Positions 36,767-50,075 are shown, numbered from the stretch's first letter. The stretch: 64,000 bases of DNA from Torpedo marmorata (GCA_977017645.1 CDRNVU010000372.1:1-64000), one strand, 5' to 3'. Program-made: numbers and translations. The notes: generated by a model from the letters alone, not told the origin.

Positions 36767-37793
36767 TGTACCCCCCTCTGAAACTGGATCCTTGACTTTC
36801 TCATCGGAAGACCACAGTCAGTACAAATTGGAAACAACGTCTCCCCTTCACTGATTATCAACACAGGTGCACCCCAAGGATGCGTGCTTAGTCCACTGCT
36901 CTACTCGTTATACACCCATGACTGTGTGGCCAGGCACAATTCCAATGCCATCTACAAGTTTGCCGATGACACCACAGTTGTCGGCAGAATCACAAACGGC
37001 AATGAGGAAGCGTACAGGAGGGAGATAGATCAGCTCGTTGAATGGTGTAATGGCAACAACCTTGAGCTCAACATCAGCAAAACCAAGGAGATGATTGTGG
37101 ACTTCAGGAGGAAGTCAGGGGAACACGACCCAGTCCTCATCGAGGGCTCAGTCGTGGAGAGGGTCAAGAACTTCAAATTCCTGGGTGTCAACATCTCCGA
37201 GGATCTCTCCTGGAGCATCCACGTTGATGCAATCACAAAGAAGGCTCGTCAGCGGCTATACTTTGTGAGGTGTCTGCGGAGATTCGGTATGTCACCAAAG
37301 ACTATCGTAAACTTCTGCAGGTGTACCGTGGAGAGCATTCTGGCTGGTTGCGTCACTGCCTGGTATGGAGGCGCCAACTCCCAGGACAAGAGTAAACTCC
37401 AGAGGGTTGTTAACTCGGCCTGTGACATCACAGGCACCAAACTTCACTCGATCGAGGACATCTACATGAGGCAGTGTCTTAAAAAAGCAGCCTCTATCCT
37501 CAAAGAAGCCCACCACCCAGGCCATGCCCTCTTCACTCTGCTTCCATCGGGAAAAAGGTACAGGAGCCTAAAGACGAGCACTCAACGGCACAAGGACAGC
37601 TTCTTCCCCGCTGCTATCAGATTCCTGAATAATCAATGAACCAAAGACACTGCCTTACCTTTCGTGCACTATTGTTTATAATTTTTTATAGTAATGTCGT
37701 TAGATGGTTAATATGTTAATTGCATTATGATGCTGCCGCAAAACACCGAATCTCATGACTTGTTCATGACAATAAATTCTGATTCTTCTTCTT
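36767..37793 (+). mobile_element. Rex1/Babar LINE 3' fragment with an open RT C-terminal ORF (36884-37639)
   Basis: [46 protein letters not shown]; aataaattctgattc tail. Confidence 0.9.
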
Positions 37794-38884
37794 CGAATAC
37801 ATTGCAACTCACTCCTTCAGTGCTGTACCACTTAACTGCAGTCAATACGTATACAATTGTTACACAAATTATTAAATAATGGTGAATTTATATTTGAACA
37901 TTTTCATGAAAGACAATGCCTTGAAGTTTATACAAGACAACGTTTAGCAGTGCCTGTGTGAAGTAAATGCTACTGTGCATGGTTTTTTACTCTACTGTGC
38001 ATTATCAGACAGTAGTATTTTTACATTTCATACTAATTTATGTCTTTTATTTTTTTGAAGCTGAAACTGTAAAAAATGGTATACACAAGACATTTCCGCA
38101 GGTGGTTATATCACAATAACAGTTTCAATACTTGCATAAAAAGAACAAATTTTATTTATATTATTGAACTATTAACTGACAAGTGTTAGCACGTTGCATT
38201 ATTTTTTTAAAATTCTTCTCCAAGAAAGTACTTGGCTCCTTGATGGATGCTCCTTGTGAAGTGAAAATGTGTTAAGTTGTCTAAAATATTCCTTATGGAA
38301 TCCTGCTGTCAGAGGGTGCACTGGAATAAAGCAAACTTCCAATTAAAGAAGGAATTCCAGTATCAACAAAAGCACTTCAACACCTCTTTCCTGAAAGCAA
38401 AGAACTAAGACAGAACAATAAAATACAACTATTTTCCATTTCTAATTATCCTCTATTTCTATTTTTTCTTGACAGCTTGGGTCCTAATCAGGAGTCCAAG
38501 GATTGTCGGCTCAAAGAAGAAGGACCATAGCAGTCCAGTTGGGTCATGTGCTACTTCAGCAGTGTTCAAATGGATAGAACATTCTTAAAGTATGTCACCA
38601 CAACCAGAGAACAATTATTTGGTCATTAATCAGTCAAGTATCTGGTATATATATTTTTAATGTAATTTAGCACACTTATCCAAAGAGAATCAGTGGCCAT
38701 TGAGATGCAATAACATGGTCTTTAAAGCAATCTGTTCGAAGACCTTGCAAAACCAACAGATTCAGCACACAAATGAGCACTCTCCCAGCTAAAAGCACAG
38801 ATCATAGAATTACTCATCTTCTTTACCAATAAATGCTGGGTTGGAAACTCAAATTTCCAGGAAGGCAGAAGGCTGTAGGAAGTG

Positions 38885-39445
38885 CCATCCATGTCGATGC
38901 AACCATGAAGAAGGCTCGCCAGCGGCTATACTTCGTGAGGGGTTTGAGGAGATTTGGCCACCAAAGACTCTCGAAAATGTTTACAGGTCTACTGTGGAGA
39001 GCATTCTGTCTGGTTGCATCACTGTCTGGAGGTGCCAATGCACAGGACAGCAAAAAACTCCAGACTTGTTAACTCGGCCAGCAACATCACGGCACTAGTC
39101 TTCACTCCATTGAGGACATCTACAAGAGGCGGTGTCTTAAGAAAGTAGCCTCTATTCTCAAGGACCCCCACCACCCAGGCCATGCCCTGGTCACTGTGCT
39201 TCTGTTGGGAAAAAGGTACAGGAGCCTGAAGACGAACACCCAGCGGCATAAGGACAGCTTCTTCCCCTCTGCCATCAGATTTCTGAATAGACAATGAACC
39301 AGACACTACCTCACTTTATCCTATTTGATTTCACTATTTATTTATTTTTGAAATTTAATTTACAGCAATATTTGATCTGTAATGCTGCCGTAAAACAACA
39401 AATTTTGTGACTGTTCGTGACAATAAATTCTGATTCTCTTCTGAT
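38885..39445 (+). mobile_element. Rex1/Babar 3' fragment
   Basis: [17 protein letters not shown]; nucleotide similarity to 37215-37790. Confidence 0.85.
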
Positions 39446-39984
39446 ACTGAACAAGTCCATCCAATCCATTGAAGACATCTATCTATGTGAGGCACGATCT
39501 CAAGAGGGCAGCCAACATCATAAAATACCCCGTCACCCAGACCATCTCTCTACTATCTTCAGGCTGAAGATTTGAGTCCTGCATTTCTAGGTTCAGACTG
39601 CTCTCAGGCTCTTGAACATCTCTGTCCTACCCCAATCACACTACTACTCCAGGTTCACCAAAGCTATGTCTTTTCAGCTGACACAGCACATCTTTGCCCA
39701 ATTGGCCAAATGTGTTTTATTATTTTCTCTCTTTGTGGCACCAAATTACACCTCAAGTGCTGATGATACTCGCGTTACTGTTAGTGCATTTTATGTACCT
39801 GGGAAACCGCAACAAGACTTTCACTGTATCTGTACATTGCACTTATGTTTATGACAATAAACTTCATTCATTCATTTCATAACACGTGATCAAAGGATTT
39901 ATTTGGAAAATTTGTCAATAGATATGCCCCACTAAAACAGAACACTTACTTTTCCTGCCATGGGTAAAGGAATTTGGAATATTT

Positions 39985-40125
39985 TTAAAGCAGAGGTGGT
40001 TATGTTCTGAATAAGCAACCCAAGGGTGGATGAGAATACAGAATTGAGATCATCCATGATCCTACTCAATGGTGGAGCAGACTCAAGGGCCTGGATGGCC
40101 AACACCTGCCCCTAATTTGTATATT
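39985..40125 (+). mobile_element. CR1 3' tail remnant
   Basis: tttaaagcagaggtg ... aatggtggagcagactcaagggcctggatggcc. Confidence 0.5.
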
Positions 40126-40951
40126 TTTATGAAAACCAAGATTTGAAATCATCTGGTTCAGACTGTGCAGACTGTGGCCACAAAGGGAAATGAAGCCACT
40201 ACAGTAGTTAGGGAATGTATTACCATCAGCTGTGTGACACAGGTCATATTCTCTACTATTCTGCTCAAGCGAACATTTCCCCGCCCTCGATTCAAGTATC
40301 AGTGATAAACTTTTCAGTTGTTCTGGGGTAGATTTTGAATTTGCTATCTGGTGTGAGAATTGAGTGGGGGAGCAGATGTCTTCTCAAATGTGCTTGTTTT
40401 TTATTTCCACTGAAAAGGAAAGAAATGAAAATCAGGCCATTGCTTAAAGAAGCACTGATTTGTGGATGAGTTGTCTGGTCCAAACAGCAAGGAAAGGCAA
40501 AACGATGCCCATATGTCTCCATAGTTTTCCCTACTTACAAAAATATACATTTTAAGAGCAGTCAGCTCACTTAAATGCTTTCTGACTCTTGCTTGGATTC
40601 TTGATTATCCCCTTGTTCTGTATGTTTCTTATTGTCCCATTTGATGCCCCTGAATACTTTTTGATCTTATAAAAATCCCTAGTAATATTGGCACTAAGCA
40701 AATCTACTAATAATGAATGATTAAATTAAGATTTATAATATCAAATGCTAATTTATTTACACTCAGACAGTTTACCTCACATGAGCTGTGTTAAATACTC
40801 CTTCCTATTCTGACGATTCTTTGTAATAAGACCCATAACCAATTGATTTCCTGTGAACTGAATCCAATGGCTGGTACAAGTCTTGAAGCCAAAGTGGCTT
40901 TGGCAGTTCCATGCCATCTTCCAATAGGGATGCCTGACAATAAACGCAATA

Positions 40952-41273
40952 ACCCCATCCCCCCCTCCCCCTCCTCCCTCCTCCTCCACATCCCCCCCTC
41001 CCCCTCCTCCCCCACATCCCCCCCTCCCCCTCCTCCTCCCTCCTCCTCCCTCCTCCCCCTCCTCCTCCCTCCTCCTCCTCCTCCTCCCTCCTCCTCCCCA
41101 TCCCCCTCTCCCCTTCACCCCTCGCTCCCTCCTCCTCCCTCCCTCTTTTCCTCTCCCCTCCCCTCCCCTCCTCTCTCTTCTCCTCCTCCTCCTCCCCCCA
41201 TCCCTCCTCCCTCTCCTCTCCCCTCCCCTCCTCTCTCTCCCTCCGTCTAACCCTCCTTCTCCCCCCTCCCTTC
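40952..41273. repeat. Polypyrimidine/polypurine (CCT/CCCT)n low-complexity tract
   Basis: About 320 bp almost entirely C/T on the + strand. Confidence 0.95.
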
Positions 41274-41780
41274 CGCGGACCTGACAGCGAGGACCGACCA
41301 CGACGCCGGCAGCTCCCGGACGCGGGGCGTCTGAGGGAGGTGAAGAGATGAGAGAGCACGAGGCAAACAACCTTCCCGCGCGCGGACAACTGCCACGCGC
41401 GTCTGTCCGAGCCGGCAACCAATGAGAGCCCGGCGATAGCCAATCACATACCGGTAACGGCCAATCACAGACCAGCACCCAATCACAGTCCGGCAGCAGC
41501 CAATCACAGCCCGGCGGCGGCCTATCACAGACAGGAAGCCAATCACAGACCGGAAGCCAATCACAGACCGTCAGCCAATCACATTCCGGCGGCAGCCAAT
41601 CACAGTCCGGCAGCAGCCAATCACAGTCCGGCAGCAGCCAATCACAGACCGGTAGACTTCCAGCTTCAACGTTGCCCAAACCCGTAACTCACACGCGCTC
41701 AGAATTTCCCGCCCAATTGCGCGTGGAAATCGCCCAGCTGCCAACTTCATTTCCCATTTTCTAACAGGCGGGGGCGCAAT
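41274..41780. promoter_or_regulatory. CpG-island promoter with tandem CCAAT (NF-Y) array and E2F/ETS-like sites
   Basis: CCAAT at 41419, 41440, 41461, 41479, 41500, 41539, 41557, 41575, 41596, 41617, 41638 (plus CCTAT at 41521); TTTCCCGC at 41705; CCGGAAG at 41550; high CpG density. Confidence 0.7.
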
Positions 41781-42034
41781 TTCAGTGGTTGCCACAGGCG
41801 CTGTTTGACCTGGATCCACCACTGTGGGTGGGGACTGATGGGATTGTGCCAGAGTCCTCCTGTGTTGTCACCTTCTGTGAAACTAGTCGTTCAAATCTGA
41901 CAACTTCCTCACAGCAGTCCAAACAATCCTTCCCTTGGCATTCACCTTTGCTTCCTTCTTCCTTCCTTCGCTGTGTGACCAACTTTAATCTTTATTAATC
42001 TTGCTTTTTTAAAATACATTTCTTCTTTGGATCT

Positions 42035-43626
42035 TTGCTTGTCTTATCTTTCGCTTCTTCCTGGACCAAAGACCCGACCAGTCACCCTCTACCACCACCC
42101 TCCTCCGCCTGGCAGAACTTGTCCTCACTCTCAATACCTTCTCCTTCAACTCATCCCACTTCCTCCAAATCAAAGGAGTAGCCATGAGTACCCGCATGGG
42201 TCCCAGCTACGCCTGCCTGTTTGTGGGCTTTGTGGAGCAATCCATGCTGCAAGCCTACACAGGCAAGACCTCTCATCTCTTCCTCCGGTATATCGACCAC
42301 TACATCGGGGCTGCCTCATGCACCCGCAATGAGCTTGTCAACTTCATTCACTTCGCATCCAACTTCCACCACGATCTCAAACTCATCTGGTTCATCTCCG
42401 ATAACACTCTCCCCTTCCTGGATCTCTCTGTCTCCACTACAAACCCTCCAACTCCCACAACTATCTGGACTACACATCCTCACACCCTGTCCCCTGCAAG
42501 GACTCCATCCCCTTCTCTCAATTTCTCCGCCTCCGCCGCATCTGTTCCCAAGATGAGGTGTTCCAGTCCAGATCTTCTGAAACGTCTGCCTTTTTCCACA
42601 AACGTGGCTTCCCCTCCACCACCATCAACTCAGCCCTCACCCGCATCTCCTCCATTTCCTGCTCATCTGCCTTGGCTCCCTCTGCCCCCAGACACAACAA
42701 ACATAGAATCCCCCTCATCCTCACCTACCACCCCACCAGCCTCCGCATCCAACACATTATCCGCCAGAATTTACGGCACTTACTACAGGATCCCACCACC
42801 AGACACATTTTTCCTTCTCCTCCCCTCTCGGCCTTCCGTAGGGACCGCTTCCTCCGCGATTCACTCGTGCAATCATCCCTCCCCACCAATCGCACCCCCG
42901 GCACCTTCCCCTGTGCTCGCAGGAGGTGCAACACCTGGGCCCACACCTCCCCCCTCACCACGGTCCAGGGCCCCAAACAGGCCTTCCAAGTGAAACTACA
43001 CTTCACTTGTACATCCAGAGAACTTATTTACTGCATCCGGTGCTCCCTTTGTGGCTTTCTCTACATCGGAGAGACCGGTCGTAGATTGGGAGACCGCTTT
43101 GCTGAGCACCTCCTCTCCGTCAGCAACAACAGCGACCTCCCAGTAGCCAATCATTTCAATTCAGGGTCACACTCCCACACTCACATGTCTGTCCATGGCC
43201 TTATGTACTATCCCACCCAGACTACCTGCAAATTGGAGGAACAACATCTCATTTTCCTTCTCGGCACTCTCCAGCCAGATGGCATTAACATTGACTTTTC
43301 TGCTTTCCACTAAACCTGCTTGTCGTTCCCTTCCCCTCCCCCCTCACCTGTCCTTCCTGCTTTTCTCCACCTACCCAGCCATCCCTCCTCCCCCTCTTTG
43401 CTGCTGTCCCCTCCCTCCTTTCTCCACCGATCATCTCCTCCCCCCTCACTCTTTTGTTCTGACGCCTGCCGGCATTTTCTCATACTTTGATGAAGGGCTC
43501 AAGCCCGAAACGTCGGTTATGTATTTCTACCTTTGCTGCATAAAATACACTGTTTGACCAGCTGAGCTTCTCCAGCATTTGTGTTTTTTACTTCAACCAC
43601 GGTGTCTACAGATTCTCGTGTTTTAC
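42035..43626 (+). mobile_element. 5'-truncated Penelope-like element (RT + GIY-YIG) with 3' pseudo-LTR
   Basis: GVAMSTRMGPSYACLF, LRYIDH (YIDD-like), LPFLD; IYCIRCSLCGFLYIGETGRRLGDRFAEH, GINIDF. Confidence 0.93.
43481..43525 (+). ncRNA. Minimal hammerhead-ribozyme-like motif in the Penelope pLTR
   Basis: TTGATGA-A-GGGC-TCAA-GCCC-GAAA-C-GTCG-GTT; C3 is replaced by U, so activity is uncertain. Confidence 0.55.
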
Positions 43627-44399
43627 TTATCTTTTATGGCACCTTGATAAATGCAAATATTTAACAGCAAAGCTAGACACAATGTAAGTCATTGGGTATG
43701 AAGTGATTGGGACATTTGGAGGATATCATGTATTGCTATATAATTCGAGATTATGGCCTTTCATTCTTCTTCATGCTTCCTCTCTGGAATTAATCCAACT
43801 CTTCAATATCACTTTTAATCATCTTTTCACACTTGTCTATCTTTGAGTACATTCCAATGTCTATTTTTTCATATCACTTCAGAAGCATTTCATTCTTTTT
43901 CTTGCACTCTTATGAATTTTTTTCTACCAATAATGTGTTCATCTCTCATAAACAACTTCATTCGACTTCACTACACTAATGAATTAGTTGACCAAATATT
44001 ATTCACTGTTCCTCCAAGCAATGATTTGGTGCAATTTAAAGGTCACGATTATTTTTTGACATTTAAGCTACCAACTACATTTAATTAGAAGCATTTTTAT
44101 AGGAAATAACTGATGTCAATGTCACTTTTCCTTTAAAATTATGTGATAATAACAATCATTTCATTCATTATTTGTTCACTGTATATTGTTAAAGAGCTAT
44201 TTTTCTTTTACACCATCAGCAGCAATATCTGTTTGTAATTGCAGTTACAAATATTAAATGGGCATGCCAGCATAATAGCAACAAATAATAAAAATGCAAC
44301 TTTAAACAGACAATTTCCCTCTCTTATGAGTTATTATATACTTAAAAATAATCAGAATCATTCATATAAACTGAAGGACAAATGCAATCCAACACATTA

Positions 44400-45450
44400 T
44401 TACACAATAGTATACTCTCCATTGTCAGAAACGTAATGGAAGATGTTATCATCAGCACTATCAAGCTACATTTGCCTACAAACTTCTCAGGAACACCCAA
44501 AATGGGGTTCAACACCATCATTCAGTACCAGGTCTCATTCCAAACAGATGCCAAAGACCTGACTTCCTGAACTGAGATGGCAATCAGGCATCATTTAATA
44601 TTTGGTATCAAAGAAGCCCCAGTAAAATAGAGATCAATGGGAATGAAAGGGAAATTTCTTCAATAGTCACTTTCATCCCTTGCACAAAGAACAGGGCTTT
44701 GGTTGTTGGAGCTCGTTCATTCCAGCTCCAGGAGTTCCTTAAGCTGCCTCATCAATGATCTTCATTACATTAAAATGTCAGAAGTCGGGATGTTCACTGA
44801 TGATTGCAGTACAGTTAGCGTAGCGGTTAGCGCAACGCTCTTATAGCAGCAGCAACCGGGACCGGGGATCGAATCCCACTCTGTAAGCAGTTTGTACGTT
44901 CTCCCCGTGTCTGTGTGGGTTTTCTCCAGGTGTTACGGTTTCCTCCCACCATTCAAAATGTACCGGGGGTGTAGGTCAATTGGGTGTAATTGGGCAGCAT
45001 GCGCTCATGGGCCAAAAGGGCCTGTTACCGTGCTGTATGTCTAGATTTAAATTTTAAAATTGCACAATTTTCAATTCCACTTTAAGTGCTTCAGAAAATG
45101 GGGTACTCTTTGCCTATATCCCGAAGGACTTGGCTAATATGAGAAAGGTAACATTTATACCATGGAAGTGCCTATACATGGTGATAATCTCTGACAAGAA
45201 GCAGTCCAACCACCTGCTCTGGGTACTCAATAGCATTACATAAGTTTGTCCTCCATTATCCACATCCTGCAGTGTCACCATTGATGAGAAACATAGCATG
45301 TAAGTACCATGGCTGCAAAAATGAGTGAAAAGCTCCTGACACTCTAATGTCATTTCATCACATGCAAAATGCTAGTCAGGACCATGTTGGAAATTTCTCA
45401 CATGCTTTCATGAATACAATCCCCAAGAATACTCAAGAAACTTAACACCA
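44400..45450 (+). mobile_element. Old CR1/L2-type RT remnant hosting a SINE
   Basis: LINDL..GMFTDDCTIFNS is restored across the SINE. Confidence 0.5.
44809..45058 (+). mobile_element. Full-length V-SINE/HE1-like tRNA-derived SINE; TSD attgca
   Basis: A-box tagcgtagcgg, B-box-like gatcgaatcc, central ggtttcctccca, CR1-like tail; attgca at 44803-44808 and 45059-45064. Confidence 0.85.
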
Positions 45451-45454
45451 TGCC

Positions 45455-45785
45455 TGGGCATCATAGTGGTATAGATGGTAAAGTTGCTCCCTCACAGGTC
45501 AGGTGACCTAGACTCAATCCTGACCCTCAGGACCAGTGTCTGTGGAGCTTGCACATCCTCAGTGTGACTAGAATTCTTTGGCTGCTCTGGTTTCCTGCTA
45601 CGTCAGAAATATGTGCAGATGGGAAGGCTAATAAGCCATTATAAGTTGTCTCTAGTGCTGTGGTAAAATCTGGAGGGAGTTCATGGGAATGCAGGGAGAA
45701 TAAAACATAGAAACAGTGTATATGGGTGGATGATGATCAGGACAGACTCAGTGAACCAAAGGTGCTGTTTCTATGTTGAATGACT
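45455..45785 (+). mobile_element. Older V-SINE copy
   Basis: tRNA-like head; tgtggagcttgcacat..gctctggtttcct core. Confidence 0.6.
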
Positions 45786-46304
45786 ATGACCAATCAGGAC
45801 AAAACAGCCCTTTTGATTGTCTTCCTCCACCAGCATTGCACCACATCATTACGCCATTTACCAAATACACTGCAAATGGTCACCAATGTCACTCCTAAGG
45901 CACCTCCCAAACACACAGTTTCTGATCTCATGTCCAATAATGATTCCACCAGTAATTTCTCAGTGTTTGATTGAAACATTAATTGTGTTGCTGAATTATC
46001 ATTTTCATGATTCCTGGAACAACATCACCAACTATTTACTAGATACTATTTGCAATGATTTATGCATGTATTGTGCAAAGTTAATAAAAGTTAACCAATA
46101 AAAGTGTATGATCATTGAAATACACAATTTTAAAATGATAAAATACACTCTGGAAGTACCCAACAGATTAACGACATTTGGAAACAACCTTTGTTGAAAT
46201 GTGGCTTGGATCTTACTTTAGAATTTACATTTCATCCAAAATAGAAAACGTTTCTCTTTATAGTTGAATGTGTCCAGTTTTATTCCCAGACAGAACCAGA
46301 GTCA

Positions 46305-46630
46305 CAAAGCAAGGAAACAGGCGTTATGGCCCAACTTGCCCACACTGTCCAAAATTCCCACTCACATGTGTCCCGATGCTTGTGTTTGGTTCATATCCCT
46401 CTCAACATATCCTATCCATGTATCCATCCAAAATGTTCTTAAATGTTACTTACCATCCTCTGTTTAAAAATGTTACCTCTCAAGTTCCAATTAAATCTCT
46501 CCACCCTCATGTTAAACATATGCCCTCTGGTTACTGATACCCCTACTCTGGGAAAAAGACTCTCTGTGTTCACCCAATCTTTTCTTCTCATGATTTTGCA
46601 TACATACATGATGTTCTTGTTTGTATTACA
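46305..46630 (-). mobile_element. CR1 3' remnant
   Basis: gcaaggaaacaggc..ggcccaac tail, taaacatatgccctctggtt, tgattttgcatac. Confidence 0.5.
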
Positions 46631-46809
46631 TTAGCCAGACTCTCTTTAATGTTTACACATAAACATTGTTGTAAAAGTTTAAAATCTGTATTCCTGGCGG
46701 CAAGTAGAAGTCAAGTTAAGTGGTGTCATATCAATTCTAAAGTTATTTACTACATTCATATTTATCCTATGTTAGTGAAGACTTTAGGTTGTTTTTTTTA
46801 AAGCCAATA

Positions 46810-49800
46810 ACAATGGCAGATGAAGAGATTGAATGTCTGGCATCATAGTGCCAAGGTAACAACTCTCTCTCAATGTCACTAAGAAGAAGGAGATGATCAT
46901 TGACTTCAGGAGAGTGGGCAGAGTCCACTCCCCTGTCCATGTTTATGGTGCTGAAGTTGACAGAATAGATAGCTTCAAGTTCGTAGGAATAAATATTTCC
47001 AATGACCTGAGATGGGACAAGCACGTTAATGCGACTGTCAAGAAAGCACTCAAATATCAGAATCTCAAAGGAATATTAGTGAAATTGAAGGATTTCTGTC
47101 ACAATTGGATCTTCCAAATCTGGATTTAGAGGCACAGAGGGAGCTCGATGCCCCCTTTACCCAAGCAGAGGTGGAGGGTGCACTGGGTTCATTGCAAATT
47201 AATAAATCTCCGGGGGAGGATGGATTTCCACCTGAATTTTACAAAGAATTTAAAGATCTTTTGATACCACTACTTATGGAGGTGTTGGATCAAGTGGTCG
47301 AGACACATACCCTCCCGGAATCATTCTCAACAGCAATAATTACAGTGATACCCAAAAAAGATAGGGATCCATTAAAGCCGTCTTCTTATAGACCTATTTC
47401 ATTATTAAATTCAGACTATAAGATCATTGCAAAAGCTTTGGCAAACAGACTGGCAGTTTTCTTGCCAAAATTGATAAATATGGACCAAACAGGCTTTATA
47501 CAAAAAAGACAAATAGTAGATAATTTAAGCAGATTGCTTAATATAATACATCTGGCACAATCAAGAGGGGATCAAGGTGTCGCTGTGGCCCTGGATGCAG
47601 AAAAAGCTATTCGGCGAGATACAGACATTAAGGGATTCAGGGTTAACCAGGAAGAGCACAAAATTAACTTATTTGCGGATGATGTACTGATATACCTGAC
47701 AGAACCAGCAGGTTCTTTAGAAAAATTGCACTTAAAATTGGAAGATTATGGGAAAATTTCCGGTTATAAGATAAATTGGGACAAAAGTGAAATTATGCCA
47801 CTTACGGGTGTAGATTATACTCAATACCAAAGGAATATAAATTTTAAGTGGCTGGCAAATGGGATAAAATATTTAGGCATTAAAATAAATAACAAATTAC
47901 AAGATTTGTATAAGTTAAATGACCTCCCCTTGCTTAGAAAAGTTGAAGAGGATCTTAACAGATGGACGGCACTGCCAATAACACTTATTGGTAGGGTCAA
48001 TTGTATAAAAATGAATATATTGCCACGAATCCAATATCTTTTCCAAACACTACCTATATCATTGCCTCGAGGGTTTTTTCAAGAATTAAATAAATATATC
48101 AGGAAGTTCATTTGGAGAGGTAAGGTAGCCAGAGTCTCCACGGAAAAATTAACATGGAGATATGAACTGGGAGGTTTACAACTCCCAGATTTCAAAAAAT
48201 ATTATTGGGCGGCCCAAATGAAATTTGTCACCTCCTTCTTTGAAGAGGATGACAAGCCTTCCAGGGTAAAGATGGAACTGCATAAGGTGGGAGAGAAGAT
48301 AGCAGAAGACTTTATATACAAATGGGATAAAAAATTAATATCCGGTGTTAAAGAAACCCCCCTGCTGAAACATATAATTGATATCTGGTATAAAATAAAT
48401 TATCAAATTGGGAAAAAGGGGAGGTTATCTCCAAAAATGCCCCTGGCTCAAAATAGGTGTATACCTTTTACAATGGATAATAAGATCCTGGACGCCTGGT
48501 CTCGGAAAGGGATCAGATGTGTCGAGGATTGCTACGAACAGGGACAACTTATGTCATTTAAACAATTAAAAAATAAGTATGGTATTATGAATAATACACT
48601 CTTCTGCTATTTCCAGCTGAGATCTTACCTAAGGGATAAATTGGGCCCATCAATGACCCTCCTGGAATGCAGTGAAGTGGAGACTTTGATTCGAAAGGGG
48701 ATCACAAAGAAGTTTATTTCAGCAGCCTATCTTTTACTACAAAAAGGAACCCCTAAACAGGGGCTACATAGATCTAGACAGAGATGGGAGTCAGACTTGG
48801 ATATAATAATTAATGAACAAAACTGGTCCGACTTATGTCAGGACAGTATGAAAAACACAATAAATTTGAGATACAGACTGGTACAATACAATTTTTGCAC
48901 CAGTTGTATCTCATGCCGCAAAAATTGAATAAATTTAAATCAGAAATATCAGATAAATGTTTTAGATGTGGCAAAGAAATAGGAACGTTTTTGCATTTAA
49001 CCTGGTCATGCCCCAAAGTAAAACCTTTCTGGACGGACTTAGGGAAACTCTTAGAACAAATTACAGAAATTCAGTTCCCACAACGCCCAGAATTATTTCT
49101 ATTGGGCAATATCTCCGGCGTAAGACCTAAGATGAGGCTGTCAAAATTTCAAATAAAATTTGTGAAGATCGCATTGGCGGTGGCCAGAAAATGTATAGCG
49201 GTCACATGTAAGTCTGATTCCCATCTAGGTATGACAAGATGGAATGAGGAAATGTACAGCTGTGTTGCCCTTGAGAAGATTACCTATAATCTTAGAAATA
49301 GATATGATATATTTTTAAAGATTTGGACTCCATATTTACAACACATGGCTGTAAATCTATAACCAGGCCCCCCCTTGCCCCCAGGACCTATGTCCATTTC
49401 CTCTTCAGAAATCCGAGTATGCCAAGTAATTTAAGCCTGCGGGGTGGACGACGAACCTCCAACGTCTTCTTTCCTTTTCTATTTCAACCTTTTCTTTTAC
49501 TATTCCTCTCTTTTCTTTCATTTTGGGGGGAATTGGGTGGATGGGTTTTTCTTTGCTTATTGTTTTGTTGTTGTTTTTTAGTATAATAGTCAACAGACGA
49601 ATATTATATTTGATGATGTATTACTTTTGTTATTGATAATATGTTTGGCTTTAAAAAAAATACAAATAAAATATTCAACAAAAAAAAAAGAAAGCGCTCA
49701 AATGCCTCTACTTTGTTGGAAGGAAAGGATGCACAACATGCCCCCCTTGTCCCTCAGCAACTTCTACAGCTGCACCATTGGAAGCACACTTGCTGGATGC

Positions 49801-50075
49801 ATCACACTTAGTATGGGAGCTGCTCTACTCAAGATTGGAAAAAGTCACGGAAGGAAGTAAATGCCGCTTAGAACATAACAAACAGTTTCCTTCCCTCCAT
49901 GGACTCCACATCGCCCACTGCCGAGGAAAGGCAGCCAACATACTGAAAGACTCACAACACCCAGCCACACTTGTTATCCCTCTTCCTATCATGGAGAAGG
50001 CTTAAAAGTGTGAAAGTATGGACCAACAAGCTCAAAGACATTATCTTCCCTGCAGCGATCAGATTCCTGAATGAA
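46810..50075 (+). mobile_element. Rex1/Babar remnant (46810-47055 and 49688-50075) split by an L1
   Basis: EMIIDFRR..FKFVGINISNDLRW..VKKA before the L1; [24 protein letters not shown] after. Confidence 0.75.
47056..49687 (+). mobile_element. 5'-truncated L1 of a second subfamily; 16-bp TSD aagaaagcRctcaaat; in-frame RT deletion
   Basis: KSPGEDGFP, YRPISLLN, LFADD, poly(A) at about 49680; TSD at 47040-47055 / 49688-49703. Confidence 0.94.

Noticed and set aside
36884-37639. ALKBH8-like host gene (DUF1891 region)
   Set aside because: Contiguous with RT motifs and a LINE tail, and present in several copies in the window: Rex1/Babar LINE
40777-41822. Long ORFs (300 aa with PDCDWL repeats, Gly/Arg/Glu-rich ORFs)
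   Set aside because: By-products of the 18/21-bp CCAAT repeat and the purine tract lacking stops; no recognisable domain
42184-42993. 269-aa Pro/Ser-rich protein
   Set aside because: Penelope RT shifted out of frame by a small deletion near 42432
44809-44880. tRNA gene
   Set aside because: A/B boxes belong to a SINE head continuing into the V-domain and LINE-derived tail
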